Shown here one piece after another: positions 1 through 12,900 of a stretch of 64,000 nt of DNA. Position 1 is the first letter of the stretch; every line of letters starts with the position of its first letter. Source of the stretch: Octopus vulgaris (taxonomy: Eukaryota); NCBI GenBank assembly GCA_951406725.2, contig OX597828.1:3596001-3660000 (forward strand). Reading direction: 5' to 3'. The notes beneath the pieces are model-generated. The model had not been told where the DNA came from, ran no database searches, and saw nothing but the letters and a program-made list of their open reading frames with translations. The position numbers were made by a program, and so were the translations under genes.

Positions 1-360
1 ACTTAGATCGAGAGGGCTGCCCGTATTCTCAACTATTCTGTAACTATTCTCTTGAGTCAGTTATGCAGATGTTGCAACATTTGTGGGCAGGGGGCATCAA
101 TTTTGAATAGAGATCCAGGGGTTCCGTGTCGTTCCATGCGGACTCGTTACCGTCAATATATTGGAGGACAAGGGGTTGGAGATGGCCGATTCTAAAGCCA
201 TGCGAATCTATGGTAGGAGAAAAATATCAACGTGAGAAAGTATGGTACACTTTTCAGGAGATTGCTCGATCGAATCGCCCCCGGTAGTTTTTCATTAAGA
301 TAGTATTTCTTATATCAACCAATTCTTGCCGAACTGCTAAGTGTGCACATGCCTTGTGCG

Positions 361-466
361 TGTGCGTGCTGGTGTTGTGTGTTGTGTTGGTGTGTGTGCG
401 TGCTGGTGTTGTGTGTTGTGTTGGTGTGTGTGCGTGCTGGTGTTGTGTGTTGTGTTGGTGTGTGTG
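361..466. repeat. 34-bp GT-rich minisatellite, about 3 copies
   Basis: Unit TGTGCGTGCTGGTGTTGTGTGTTGTGTTGGTGTG starts at 361, 395 and 429. Confidence 0.85.
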
Positions 467-1399
467 TGGGTGTGTATGAGTTTGCACGTGTGTGTGCGAG
501 TGTAGCGAATTTATACTTTTACATAGTTTAATTTGTTTTTAAATCTTAACAAAATGTTTATTCTGCAAATCCTTCATTTTCTGGAGAAATATACATCAGG
601 CTAGCTCCTAGTCTTGTTACATTACACCATGTACTCAAGATATATTCATACACATATACGCCTCGGTGTATAAATATAAACAATCTGTTGTTTGATATCA
701 ACTTAAGCATATAATGATGTAGAGCTATAACTATCTCTTAATAGAGATACTACTTTGCTTCCTTATGCATTATTGTTATATAGAATTCCTGAATTTATTA
801 TGCTGTTATTACGTCAGTCATTATAACAAACACGTACATAAAGCATAAGCGTACACACTCTCTCTCAACACCTCTCTCCCTCACACACACACACATAACA
901 CACTATGACTTTCCATAATTAGCCAATATGGTTCTGACAGGAAATTTCATAAGATATACGCTTTCACACAATTGAATTCAGGTTGGATAGTGAATGTACA
1001 ACAAGCACAACGAAAGTAGATATAATAAGCAAATAACGGTAGGTTTTTACGTACCGTTACTTGCTTACACACATATACGCATATATAGACAGAAACAGAT
1101 TCACATTTCTGAAATCATGAACAAACACATAAACATACACTGACACAGATATTCGCATATATTCACACACACGCACAAACAAAAATACATACACACATAA
1201 ATGTACATATATATATATATGCATGTATATATACATGGATATATACATATATGGATATATTTATACACGTATATGGGCATATACTTATGTATGCATATAT
1301 ATAAGCATATATTTATGTGTGTACATACTACATACATATACACACATAAATATATATATACACACACACACAGATATTTTTTTTTTTTTTTTTTTTTTT

Positions 1400-1448
1400 G
1401 TACTTGTTTCAGTCATTTGACTGCGGCCATGCTGGAGCACCGCCTTTA
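1400..1448 (-). mobile_element. SINE family A, 3' tail fragment
   Basis: TACTTGTTTCAGTCATTTGACTGCGGCCATGCTGGAGCACCGCCTTTAG matches the tail of the full copy at 44441-44489. Confidence 0.8.
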
Positions 1449-1450
1449 GA

Positions 1451-1616
1451 GTGGTGAAAGAGTACAGCAGGGATCACCACCTCCTGCCGGAGCCTCGTGG
1501 AGCTTTTAGGTGTTTTTTTTCGCTCAATAAACACACACAACGCCCGGTCTGGGAATCGAAACCGCGATCCTCCGACCGCAAGTCCGCTGCCCTAACCACT
1601 AGGCCATTGCGCCTCC
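1451..1616 (-). mobile_element. tRNA-derived SINE family B, 5' half
   Basis: Reverse complement matches 62491-62650; A-box TGGCCTAGTGG and B-box GTTTCGATTCC. Confidence 0.9.
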
Positions 1617-1617
1617 T

Positions 1618-1621
<4 letters not shown>

Positions 1622-1715
<94 letters not shown>

Positions 1716-1722
1716 TATATTA
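1622..1722. repeat. (TA)n microsatellite
   Basis: Direct reading. Confidence 0.95.
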
Positions 1723-2027
1723 GGTAGGTAGGCAGGTATACAGGCGACGTTAACTTCACGTGAAGAATAATTAGAGCGAAAGTTGTACTATTTTATAATG
1801 ATATGTTATTAGAGTTACTTATAATCATAGCAATGCGAAGATTTCTCCCGCAAGTCGTGGAGTCTCATGAAAATAGCTATTCTAATTGAAGCTGCAACGC
1901 TGTCATCGATGGGGAATGGAAGAGTTAGAAGTAAACGAAGACTGTGAAAAATGGTGGTGGTCTTGGTGGTTGGGTGGGGAATGAGTGATATAATGTTGGA
2001 GCAAAAGAACAACAGATATGATCACAA

Positions 2028-2385
2028 TATTATTATTATTATTATTATTATTATTGTTATTATTATTATTATATAGTGTTTTCTTTTATTGGCACAATAT
2101 CATTAATAATAATAGCAGTAGAAATATTAGTAGTTGTAACGGTGGTGGTAAGAGTAGTCATAGTAGTAGTTGTAGTAGTAGTATTAGTATTAGTATTAGT
2201 AGTAGTAATATTGTGAAGGGTATGGCACATTATCAACAAAAATGAGCAAAACACCCTGTCACCATAATAATACATAATAATCATTGGAAGAGGAAAGCAA
2301 TAGAATAGTATTAGAGTTTACGCCAATGCTTAATAACAAAGCAAACTCTACATTATTATCATGAGCAATAATAATAATAATAATA

Positions 2386-2423
<38 letters not shown>

Positions 2424-2501
2424 TAACATAATAATAATAATAATAATAAAATGATGACATATAGATGCTCCTGGTAGTATTGCTGTTGCTGTAGTTGATG
2501 G

Positions 2502-2533
<32 letters not shown>

Positions 2534-2772
2534 GTGATGGTGGTGGTGGTGGTGGCGGTGGTGCTGCTGCTGCTGCTGGTTCAGCTGCTGGTAGCGGTGG
2601 TGGTGATGGTATGTTGGTGTTGGCGGTAGTGGTGATGCCGATGAAGATGATGATGATGATGACGATGATGATGATATAGACGGTGATGAGCATGATGAAG
2701 AGGAGGGGACGACGACGTTGATGATAATGTTAGTGATGATGGTGGAGGTGGAGGTGGAGGAGGAAGAGGAGA
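2028..2772. repeat. Compound trinucleotide microsatellite region (ATT, AGT, AAT, GAT, GGT, GCT)
   Basis: Direct reading; explains the homopolymeric ORFs at 2018-2829. Confidence 0.9.
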
Positions 2773-3826
2773 CGGACAATGAATACGCTGATAGTTAAAA
2801 ATACTGGAAAAGAAGAATTTCAATCGCAAACATTTTAGAGAACATAGTTAAGTAAGCAAAAAGGCGCCCCACTGCAACCATATCAAAGAATGTTATAATA
2901 ATTAGAAAATATGCGTACATATACAAACTTATGTATATAAACACAAACACTCTCTTCAACACAAACATGCAATAACACATATCGACTCTCAACGATATAT
3001 AAAAGTATAAAAATGTAACAAGTGATACATTTACTAAGTGATTTCGAAACAACAAAAACCTATAAATAATTGAATATAACCAAAAATATCAAACATTCAT
3101 CAACTTTGGAGAAGTAGACAACTTTTATGTCGAGTGAATATTTTATTTTTGTTATCTCCTTTCCATTTGCATCTTAAAATGTGCCATTGTGTAAATCGCT
3201 ATCCAAACTGATCTCGTGAAAAACAAAATGTACTCCAATATTCTTTTGTTAAATGGAACCTATTTATTCTAGATGTTTCCAGAATGAAACCAATCAAGAA
3301 AATTATCCTCGGGTTTTTCAAATTATGTTTCTTCATAATTTGCTATTGTTTCATTGTAACTAACTGCATCATTATAATTCTTTCCATGATGAGCGTCGCT
3401 ATATAGTGATACGTTTTTGGAGAATGAAGACTAACAGCCCGATTTTGACAAATAGTTCGTATATCATTTGTACTTACGCCACTAAATTTGTTTAGAATGC
3501 TTTAAGCAAAAAACTTTTTGTCCTCTTTGTTATGGTAATGCTATGGTATTGACATCGATATTTCTCTTATGCCAGTTATGTTGAGAGTTGATATGTGTTC
3601 TCGCATGTGTGTTGAAGAGAGTGTGTGTCTATATACATACGTTTGTATGTGTATGCATTTCTTCCAGTTATTATTACATTCTTTGATATAGATGCAGTGG
3701 GGGACTTTTTGCTTACTTACAGCTAAGTATGAGTGCATATATATATATTCACATTCAAAATGGCTGACGACTAGCATCACGATTGATACTCAAGAGTAAT
3801 AACGAATTTGAGCCAAACTGTGTTGA

Positions 3827-3875
<49 letters not shown>

Positions 3876-3944
3876 TGGTTTGTTTGTATGTATGTACGTA
3901 TGTGTGTGTATGCGTGTGTGTGTGTATGCATGTCTTCCATCAAC

Positions 3945-4105
3945 TATTGACAACCGACTTTGGTTTATTTACAGTCCACTAAATTAACCGTGCCGTTCAG
4001 CAAAAAAAAAAACCTGATAGAATATTACCAAGCTTAGAAATAAGTATAGGGTCGTTTCGTTCGACTAAAACTGCTGTCTGCAGATTCAAACTTGTAAAAG
4101 AAGAA
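3945..4105 (+). mobile_element. Degenerate SINE family A, 3' half
   Basis: TTGACAACCGA...GATAGAAT...GGGTCG...CGACTAAA motifs collinear with family A. Confidence 0.6.
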
Positions 4106-4146
4106 AAATAATCCATCTCTCTTTCACTAACTCTCTCTCTCTCCCT

Positions 4147-4183
<37 letters not shown>

Positions 4184-4230
4184 TGAACTACAGTCAGCTC
4201 GATATATATATAAGCAAAATCGAATACGTG

Positions 4231-4676
4231 TACACAAGGTGCGTGTTGTGAGTTCGTTTCAGCAGTAAGAGACTATATTCTCAAAGCGCCTGGTGTTAAA
4301 AGCATCTGAAAGTAAGTCATAGGCAAGCGAAACAACGTTCACTAGGTAATTTTCCGGAGTGACAGACATCGATGTTTCGCCATTGCTGTGAATTTTAATG
4401 CCGCGTATCGAAGAAGGCTTACTGCAAACCATATCGCCGACTATGATTATATGCTAAATTCTGTAAAGAACATCTACTGGCATATCCCAAACATTCCGTG
4501 CCACGGAAAAAATTCAAATATGAATTAGAAGCGGTTCGAGGTATATAAACATAACCGGATACACAAACACAAGGTGTGTGTGTGTGTTATGAGTTCTTGG
4601 ATCGGTTGCATTTTAGGCGTAAAGTAATAAATTCCTAAAGCGACAAGTGTTAAGAATACTTGAAAGTAAGTCATAG
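4231..4676 (+). repeat. Diverged direct repeat pair (4231-4322, 4567-4676), each holding a 49-nt AG...GTAAGT exon-like unit
   Basis: Both start ACACAAGGTG and end GAAAGTAAGTCATAG; ungapped units 4263-4311 and 4617-4665. Confidence 0.7.
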
Positions 4677-6174
4677 ACATATCTATTTTTTATCTATGTA
4701 TTTATATATGTATATATATATATGAATATTTATGTACATGTATGATATACATTATTTATATTATTATTTAATTGAACGCCACGCATCCATTTCGTAGTAA
4801 GTTTATCTTAACCTTTTTGATGCGATTCTACTGTACTGTTTTCTTCCTCCATCCTTGTCTAATTCCCTTTTCTCCGCTCCTCCCTTCACCGATTTCTATA
4901 TTTCTCTCTCTCCCCTCTTTCTCTTTTTCTCTCTCTCGTTGTTCACACGTGACCATCGTCCATCTTTCTTTTCCTCATGTGACCATCTTTCCTTTCCTGC
5001 ACGTACGTGTATATATACATGCGCATACACACGCCCCCCCCCCACACACACTTTGAATGTGTATGTTTATTTATGCATGTAATTGTATGCGAAATCCAAA
5101 AGCTAATAAAGAAATCTCAATTGAAAATTGAACGAATACAAGCTAGCTTCATCTCCCGCCTTATAAACAACAGAATGTTGTCTTTATGACAATTTAACAA
5201 TTCTACTTTTACTCATATATCTGACTTCACTGGGAACGTTTCCCGGATATAATCCTCCGAATAATAGAATGTTTATATTTCTGCCAAAATGACTATGCGA
5301 CACATTTGTAGTCGGGGGTATTACATGCGTTGTTCATAAAAGAGAAAAACGGGTGGCGTGTATAAACATAGAAAAGCCATAACTTGTTCATGTCAGTGCT
5401 GAGTTGATTCTTAAACAAGAGCAGACTTCTATGCATAATAGTATTAAGTCAAGGCTATAACTCATTGTCTAATTAATTGCTCAGCTCATCAAACAACTGA
5501 AATGCTCTTGTAGGATCTATTATTCATTTTAATGATTAATACGAAGAACAGTAACACTTCCTATTACTACGTTTCTATAAAATTGAGATAGAATTAATTA
5601 TTAACTATGGATGGGATGGTTATTATTGATTAGACATATTCAGGAAGAAGATTGACAAATTTCAGGAAATACTTATTTTACACCCGTATACATACATACA
5701 TACATACATACATACATACATACATACATGCATACGTACATACATGCATACATACATACACACTCCTGTCCCAAACACGCACCCAAATATTTGTAAAAAT
5801 AAAGCTATTAAGAATCTCAGGACCTTGATTATAAATTTCAGGCCAAAATGCGATTTTTTAATAAAAGTTTATACAAAGACAGTCGAGTCGATGAAGTTGT
5901 CAACCTATATTTGTAAAAACTGATTTGTGTATATATTTATGTGTGTGTGTGTTTGTGTGTATGTGTGTGTAAGATCAGAGTTTCTGTCTAATTTTATACC
6001 TTCTTCTGTATCCATAAACCTTTTATACATCCTTAAACCTGGGTTTTATATCCACCAACGTATTACAGAATATTCAACTTCATTGTACTCCATTTATTAT
6101 ATCCTATATTGTTTTATTTTATTTCATTTTCTTCCCTCTACCTCCTGTTATTTTATCCTGTTTTATCTTATGTT

Positions 6175-7018
6175 AACTGGGAAGAGGAGTTAACTAAGAG
6201 AATTTCCAATCATTATACTTCATTTAGGGATAGCAGTAAATGCAATTGCACAGGGCTTAGTAAATTGGTTTGGTATCTTAAAGACAACAATAAGGATTTT
6301 AAGTTAGATTGGTTCATCCTCTATTTCTTTCCCTTATGACAAGGGCAAAGGATTCTGTAACATTTGCAACTCTGAACTCTCCCATATTCTTTTCTCTAAG
6401 AATCACCTTGTTATCACACTTATAGAGCGATCTTACAAATGTAAACACTGGCAGAAACATACCTTTAGATCATATAAGTGATTTTAGCAGTCTGTATAGT
6501 TTGAACATTTAGTTCACCTTGCACTTTACTTCAATAGAGAAATCTACTTCGAAATTTTTTTCAACCAACATATCCCTCTATATATCTCCTTTATTTGTTC
6601 TCTACTCATTATTTCTTTAACCCTACTCTTCCTGTTGTCTACCTTTGACGTCAGATCTACTAACGGCTATTTTAAAAATACTTAATAGCGTTCTGTTTAT
6701 CATTTATGCAGTCATCAAAATTGTTATAATGTCTTGTTGTTGAGATGGGTTCTCTTTCTTTTCTGATGGGAAGATTATTTTACACCATTTATTCCTTTGG
6801 AATAAAACCAATATTGTCTTCGAAACTTATGTCGAAAGTAAAAGAATTTGAATAATATCTGCGTTCAACTCCATTTATTTACTTTATTTTTGTCAGTGAA
6901 CAGGTCGCGGATTTTAGCGACGAAAATATTTTGACAAATTAAACTTAAATGTTGAAGTGAATCGAACGGCTTTTGTGTGTTTCTTAAATGGCTTATAAAC
7001 ACCTTCCACGCTGCAATT
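6175..7018 (+). mobile_element. Penelope-like element, 5'-truncated remnant (GIY-YIG C-terminus plus 3' region)
   Basis: KRISNHYTSFRDSSKCNCTGLSKLVWYLKDNNKDFKLDWFIL then YDKGKGFCNICNSE, homologous to the end of the 55729 ORF; ends in a TA-rich tract. Confidence 0.85.
6755..6846 (+). ncRNA. Type I hammerhead ribozyme remnant
   Basis: TTCTTTT-CTGATGG-GAAGA..TCTTC-GAA-ACTT..AAGT-A-AAAGAA; A9G change, GUA site; in PLE 3' region. Confidence 0.65.
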
Positions 7019-7159
7019 GTATATATATACATATATATATATTATATATATATATATATTATATATATATATTATATATGTATTTATGTTGATATATGTT
7101 GATATATATATATGTATACATATGTGTATTATATATACATATATATATCGTATGTATAT

Positions 7160-7355
7160 ATTCTTTTCCTCTTTTAATTGGCTCAGTCAGTTGACTGCGG
7201 CCATGCTGGGCATCAGCGTTAGTCAAACAAATCTATGCCAGGACAGATTCTTTGTAAGCCTTGTTCTTATTTTATCGGTCTTTTCTCTCTAACCGCTGAG
7301 ACGTAAACATCGGCGTCGTTTATCAAGCGATAGGGGTACAAACGTAGACACACAA
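7160..7355 (-). mobile_element. SINE family A, degenerate 3' half
   Basis: CAGTCAGTTGACTGCGGCCATGCTGG and ATTCTTTGTAAGCC motifs. Confidence 0.75.
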
Positions 7356-7887
7356 ATACGTTCATATATATAGAGAGAGGGAGAGATGATATACATCTAT
7401 GATATAAGATATATATATATATATATATATATAGGTAATGAAAAATCAAAGAGGTGAATTCTTTTCATGAAAGAACACTGTGAGCTGGTATGTGCGTATA
7501 TTAGACGCGTGTGTGCGTGCATGCGAGTATCTGCGTGTTTTACTCTTATTGCTTATTTTTTACAACTTGTTTACACATTTTTCTGTATTTTGCTTTTAGC
7601 CCTGTTTTTTTCTTGTGCATGTGCGTATATAGACGTGTGTATGAATACTACTTGCGCGCGCGCGAGAATGTATGCGGCTAATGTATTTTTTGGCGAATGT
7701 GTGGGTGAGCATGTGTGTGTTTCAAGTGAGGGTGGATGAATATATACATATAGGCGCATGTACGTGGGGGCGATTACTATGAACATTTTTACTCCCTTAC
7801 CTTTACTCCCTCCCCTCACTTAGCGGTCATTCTAATAGCTCTTTTGTCTTAATAACGGTTAATCAAACAGTAATTACTCTTTGTTTT

Positions 7888-7985
7888 TGAAGAGATGCCG
7901 ACATGGGTTTCCGCCCCGACATCCGAAACTCAGAGTTTTCTCATGGCTACTGAATAATTGTCACATATTATATTTACAGAAATAT
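7888..7985 (+). mobile_element. Older PLE terminal fragment related to the 58068 pLTR, with partial HHR
   Basis: TGAAGAGATGCC...CATCCGAAACTCAGAGTTTT...GGCTAC...CATATTAT resembles 58085-58165; stem I 5' strand lost. Confidence 0.7.
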
Positions 7986-9085
7986 ATATGTATGTATGTA
8001 TATAAATAAATATCCTATGTTGAATTTGCATCATCGTTTCGTTTATAAAAATATAACTACAAAGAACTTCAGTACCTTGATTATAAATTTTTCTGAAGTA
8101 ACAGCAAGATGAAAACCTGAGATTTAACACCAAATACTGAGTGTTTGTATGTAAGATTGAGATAAACCCAAATGATTCAGTAGATGCCAGTCATGGGTGA
8201 TCTAGAGATTAAATTTTATTTTAATTTTCCCTTGCGGTGATTAATTTTAAACTATTACAATCTAAGACTTAATTCCAGCTAGATTGATCTTGACTATTAT
8301 CTTTGACAGGTTGACAAATAAGTATTTTCCTGGAAAATCGTATTTCGAGATACTAATTTAGTTTTGCAATTTAAACTTTAAATATAACTTTTCTTAGAAT
8401 ACGCGAATGTCTCTATACATTTTTGGAAGACATACGTATTATCTACACTACTAATTTTACCTGGAGACGCATGCATTTCTCTTTGTAATTTAATTTTTCC
8501 TTGCTGTTGAAATGGTCATTTCTTTTTAATTTAGTTTTGATATAAAGGTTATAGCAAGACCCTTCGTAAGTAGATGCTCTGCAGATGCTTCAGTGGTACA
8601 TCTGTCACCAAATGTCACACTAATTTCAATCCGTCCTAAATAGTTATATAATATGAGCCTACAAAATATTACCAGAGTAGGGAAACATTTTATTTCAAAG
8701 GTATTTTATGCTCAACGAGACACCCTTCATTAGTGAGGATACCTGAAGGCACAAAATGCCTGTCTCAAAGTTTCATACGTGTTACGATTATATTAACATA
8801 GGTCTGTTGTCCTATCTGAGACGATAAACAGTATCTAATGTTAATCTCTAGCATTTGAGCTAAACGCCAGTCTTCATTCTTGGTTGTGTCGTGTTTTATC
8901 TTATCGTTTACGTTCTTGGCAATTTCAATATCAATAATAATAATGGTGTTGGACGAATTAGAAAAATTATAAATAAACTATATGTTTCATTTCCATTATC
9001 GAGAAAGTAAAGTTATCTTACATAATCTCTTCTCTACTGAGATCCAATAGATATTAAGGGTTTCTATGTTTAAATATGCTTCATA

Positions 9086-9484
9086 GGTGCAGGAGTGGTT
9101 GTGTGGTAAGTAGCTTGCTTACCAACCACATGGTTCTGGGTTCAGTCCCACTGTGTGGCACCTTGGGCAAGTGTCTTCTACTATAGCCTTGGGCCGACCA
9201 AAGCCTTGTGAGTGGATTTAGCAGACGGAAAGTGAAATAAACCCGTCGTATATATGTATATGTATATATCTGTGTGTGTGTTTGTGTGTCTGTGTTTGCC
9301 CCCCCCAACGTCGCTTGAAAACCGATGTTGGTTTGTTTGTTTCCCGTAACTTAGAGGTTCGGCAAAAAACGACCGATAACATAAGTACTATGCTTACAAA
9401 GAATAAGTTCTAGGGTCGATTTCCTCGACTGAAGGCGGTGCTCCATCATGGCCTCAGTCAAATGACTGAAACAAGTAAAAGAGA
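9086..9484 (+). mobile_element. tRNA-derived SINE family A, full length
   Basis: tRNA-like head with A/B boxes, CORE-like CCTTGGGCAAGT, internal TA/TG microsatellite, AAGTAAAAGAG tail; degenerate TSD AAATATGYTTC at 9072 and 9485. Confidence 0.92.
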
Positions 9485-10094
9485 AAATATGTTTCGCAAC
9501 ATTCTACAAAATGCGTCTTATGTGTGTTTTTTCTATGAAAGAGGTTCAGTCTTTAGATCTCGACATAAAAACGAATGATATAAAATGTTAGATCATTTAG
9601 TGTGCAAATGAAAATGTTAGAATTTTGTACTGTAATGACAAAAGAAGCGAAAAACAAAACATAAAAAAGACGAAGAAAATAGACCAAAAACCCCGAGTAA
9701 ATGACTTATTATAACTAGAACAAGAAATGGTGTAATGGTATTTGCTGCATTGATTTAAAAACATCAATTCGTCGATTTATATTCACATTAGAAATACATC
9801 TAGGGCAGGAGTTTGCATAATCTGTCACTTCAAATCAAGTTCTGCTAAATTGATCAAATTAAATTATTTAACCAATGATTTTCATTTTCTGAAAGCTTGT
9901 TTAATATAATTATTCTTCTTAGCATATTTCTGATTTCATTTAAAACACGTGTGGACTATTCCGCTGAAATAGTTTTTGCAAATTGAGACTGAAATTATGG
10001 AAGAATTGTTAGATATTCGGTATCGACTAACCTTCTTCCTTCAAAATCGTTGGCCTTGTGCCTAAATCAATGGCCATTATTAGAAAAAAATCTA

Positions 10095-10280
10095 TGAGCT
10101 AGCAGAATCCTAAGATAGTCGAATAAAATGCTAAGTGGCATTTGTTCCGATTTATTGCGTTCTGAGTTCAAATCCCGCTGGCGTTATCTTTCCTGATCAC
10201 TACTCGATAAAATAAAGTTCCAGTCAAGTAGTGAACTGAAAGTAATCGTCATAAATGCTGGCCTCTTACCAAACTATTCC
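10095..10280 (+). mobile_element. SINE family C, degenerate
   Basis: GAGCTAGCAGAATC...GTTCTGAGTTCAAATCCCGC matches the reverse complement of 25326-25556. Confidence 0.7.
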
Positions 10281-10317
10281 TGTTCTTGTTATTATTCTGC
10301 TTCATGTCGTTATTGTA

Positions 10318-10400
10318 GTTGTTGTTGTTGTTGTTGTTGTTCTTCTTCTTCTTCTTCTTCTTCTTCTTCTTCTTCTTCTTCTTCTTCTTCTTCTTCTTCT
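10318..10400. repeat. (GTT)n(CTT)n microsatellite
   Basis: Direct reading. Confidence 0.95.
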
Positions 10401-12900
10401 ACTAGTCCAGACTTTTGCAAATTACCCAGTGAATATATTGTGCAGCTCTATCATGCCTGTTGAGATACTCTTTAGGCGAAAGAAGGCTGCATATGGAGAC
10501 AACATGATCAATGGTCTCATTTTGTTGTTTACATAAATGACATGTTGGGCTACTACCGTTCTTTAACATGTTGGCCTGGTAGTTCCTTATAGGTAAGCAT
10601 TGATCTTGGGCTGCTATGATAAACCATTCTGTTTCTGATTTGAATTCAGAAGACACTAACCATTGTTGGGTAAGGGCTTTGTCAACATCAACACTATTAG
10701 CTCTATTTGGGTATTTGCCATTGAGAGGTTTTTCTTGCCATTTATCGGTAAGTATACCTTAGCTTTTTCTGTGCTTGCTTCTAGTACATCTAATTCTGGA
10801 ATTTGTTGTATTTGGAATTCCCTTTGATACTCTTTTGCCTGTTTTGTTACTGAGTATAGTGCTTTCTTGTTTTCATGCTTTGACACAAGTTTTAGCATCC
10901 TGCCATTATAGTTTTTCAGGTAGGTATTGAGACCGATTGTGGCAATCTTCATTGTTACTTTCAGTTGCAAGAGTTCACAGCCACCCTCATTTCTTGGCAG
11001 GTACAGTCGTTCTATATCTGCCTTATGTGGTGCAGTCTATGCATTGTCAAACATTATCGTATTTTTCTGTCAAGATTACATATTTCAGTAATTGACTAGT
11101 TTATGATATTAAAACTGTAAGTCACGACTGTTATGGTTAAAGTATTGATCGCTTCGATTCTGTTTCTTGCAATCAGCTCTGTCTTGAGTACTACCCTTAC
11201 TCTACGATAACATTCTTTTCTGATCCTTTCCCTCATCACTGAATGTTTGGGTCCATCACCATTAAATATCCCTGGGTATTTGTAGCTCTCCGCTGGTTCT
11301 AATTCCTTTATGACATTCTGCAGGTCAAGATTAACGTTGGATGTTTCTGTCATTTTTCCTCTGATAAAGGTAGCTTTTGCACATTAATCGAGGCCAAATT
11401 GTATTCTCACGTAATCACTGAATTGTTTAAGAATCGCGAGTAAGTCCTGCAGTTGTCGGTTATTTTTTGCAAAGAGTTTTAAATCATCCAAGTAAATGAG
11501 ATGGTTTATATTTTTATCAAACATTTTATCGTTGTATTGTATATCATCGAGTAATTTCGAGAGAGGCATTAATCGTAAACAAAAGAGGAGTGGTGATAGA
11601 GAGTCACCCTGGAAAATGTCTCAATAACTACTTACATCCCCAGCATTGAGAGATCCATTGTCACTGTTCAATGTCAGTGTGGTTCTTCATGATCTCATAC
11701 TTACAGACAAGACGTTACACAAAGTAGGTTATATTTTATACATTTCTAGACATTTCTTAATCCAGCTATGTGGTAGACAAGATTTTTATTGTCTATCACG
11801 GATGTTGATAAGTTTTTGTGTCGTTTGTGACAATCTTCCAAAATCATCTTATTGATGAGTAGCTGACCATAACAACCATAGGACACACGCTAACATCCTT
11901 TTTTACTCATTAGGGAATACGCCACTTGCTATTAAAAAACTGTAGGTATATTCAGCCAAGAATATGCATAGTACAGGTGGTTGAGATCTGTAATATCAAC
12001 ATCATTAGCTGAAATTATATCCTTAAGTGCAAGGTGCATTTTACTAATTATTGTCAGGTTCTGGTCAGAATTTCCAACTTTTGGGAGAGTTTCACGTTCA
12101 TTTATACTGGTTTCTTTAATTTTCAGCCATTGAAACAAGACTTGATTTTTTAGATCATCTAGTTCATTTGGGTCAATTTCTGTGTGACTTTCTTCATCTA
12201 CTTGATTTTCATCTGCCTTAGTGTTTATGGCTGGTTCAGTGGGTATTTCACTTTGCTTATCAGTTACATTAACTCTTTCAATCATTATTGCATTTTCATA
12301 AGACCTGGGACGGTCTATAATTATTCCCTCTGTAGTATCTTCTTTAGCTGCAACTTCGTTCTTTTATCCCTTACTGCTTGTTTAATATGGTCAACCTCTA
12401 ATTCAGATCGTAATTTCTTTTTCAAAATGTTTCTTCTGACGATGGCAGGTTTATTACTGTCAATGTAGGGTCTTACTTCAAGGTGCTTATGTCTCCAGTT
12501 TAAGTAAGTTTGTACAGTGTTAGATTTATTTGTGGTGTTTATTACTGGTGTTTGCATGGTATGATAGGAGACCTTAAGATCTCCTTTATTATCTCCCCTA
12601 GGACATTTAAAACTGTTTTTCTTTTGGTTAATTGATGACGAGCACGGATGGCCATCCATAGGAATATTCCGGTTGTGGGGTACTTTCAGCTCCTGTGTTT
12701 CGGGAAGATTTGAACCAGTTGCTTATGCTGATACGGGTGATGGTGGATCCGGTCTGTATTTTGCTTTATTATCATTTGAACGTTTATACTAGGGAACGGA
12801 TCTGTCTGTTTAGGGTTAATATTTTGAGACAACACCACCTCCGAATTCTCTGAATAAAAACATTGCTCGTAACGTAGCTTTTTAAGGCTATCAGATCTGT
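10401..12900 (-). mobile_element. R4/Dong-like non-LTR retrotransposon, decayed, internally deleted and 3'-truncated
   Basis: RT motifs FQGDSLSPLLF, NHLIYLDDLKLFAK, QFGLD, YKYPGI; AAQDQCL; CCHC-type CHLCKQQNETIDHVVSIC followed by YLNRHD; many frameshifts; no PD..D nuclease segment seen. Confidence 0.88.

Noticed and set aside
1-340. Higher-GC block at the window start
   Set aside because: No recognisable motif in any frame and cut by the window edge; left unassigned.
1057-2829. Many overlapping ORFs (IYIY, poly-S/H/I/L)
   Set aside because: Stop-free frames of di- and trinucleotide microsatellites; the same applies at 13.1-13.6, 18.1-18.7, 30.6-31.1, 42.1-42.7, 52.9-53.5 and 63.3-63.8 kb.
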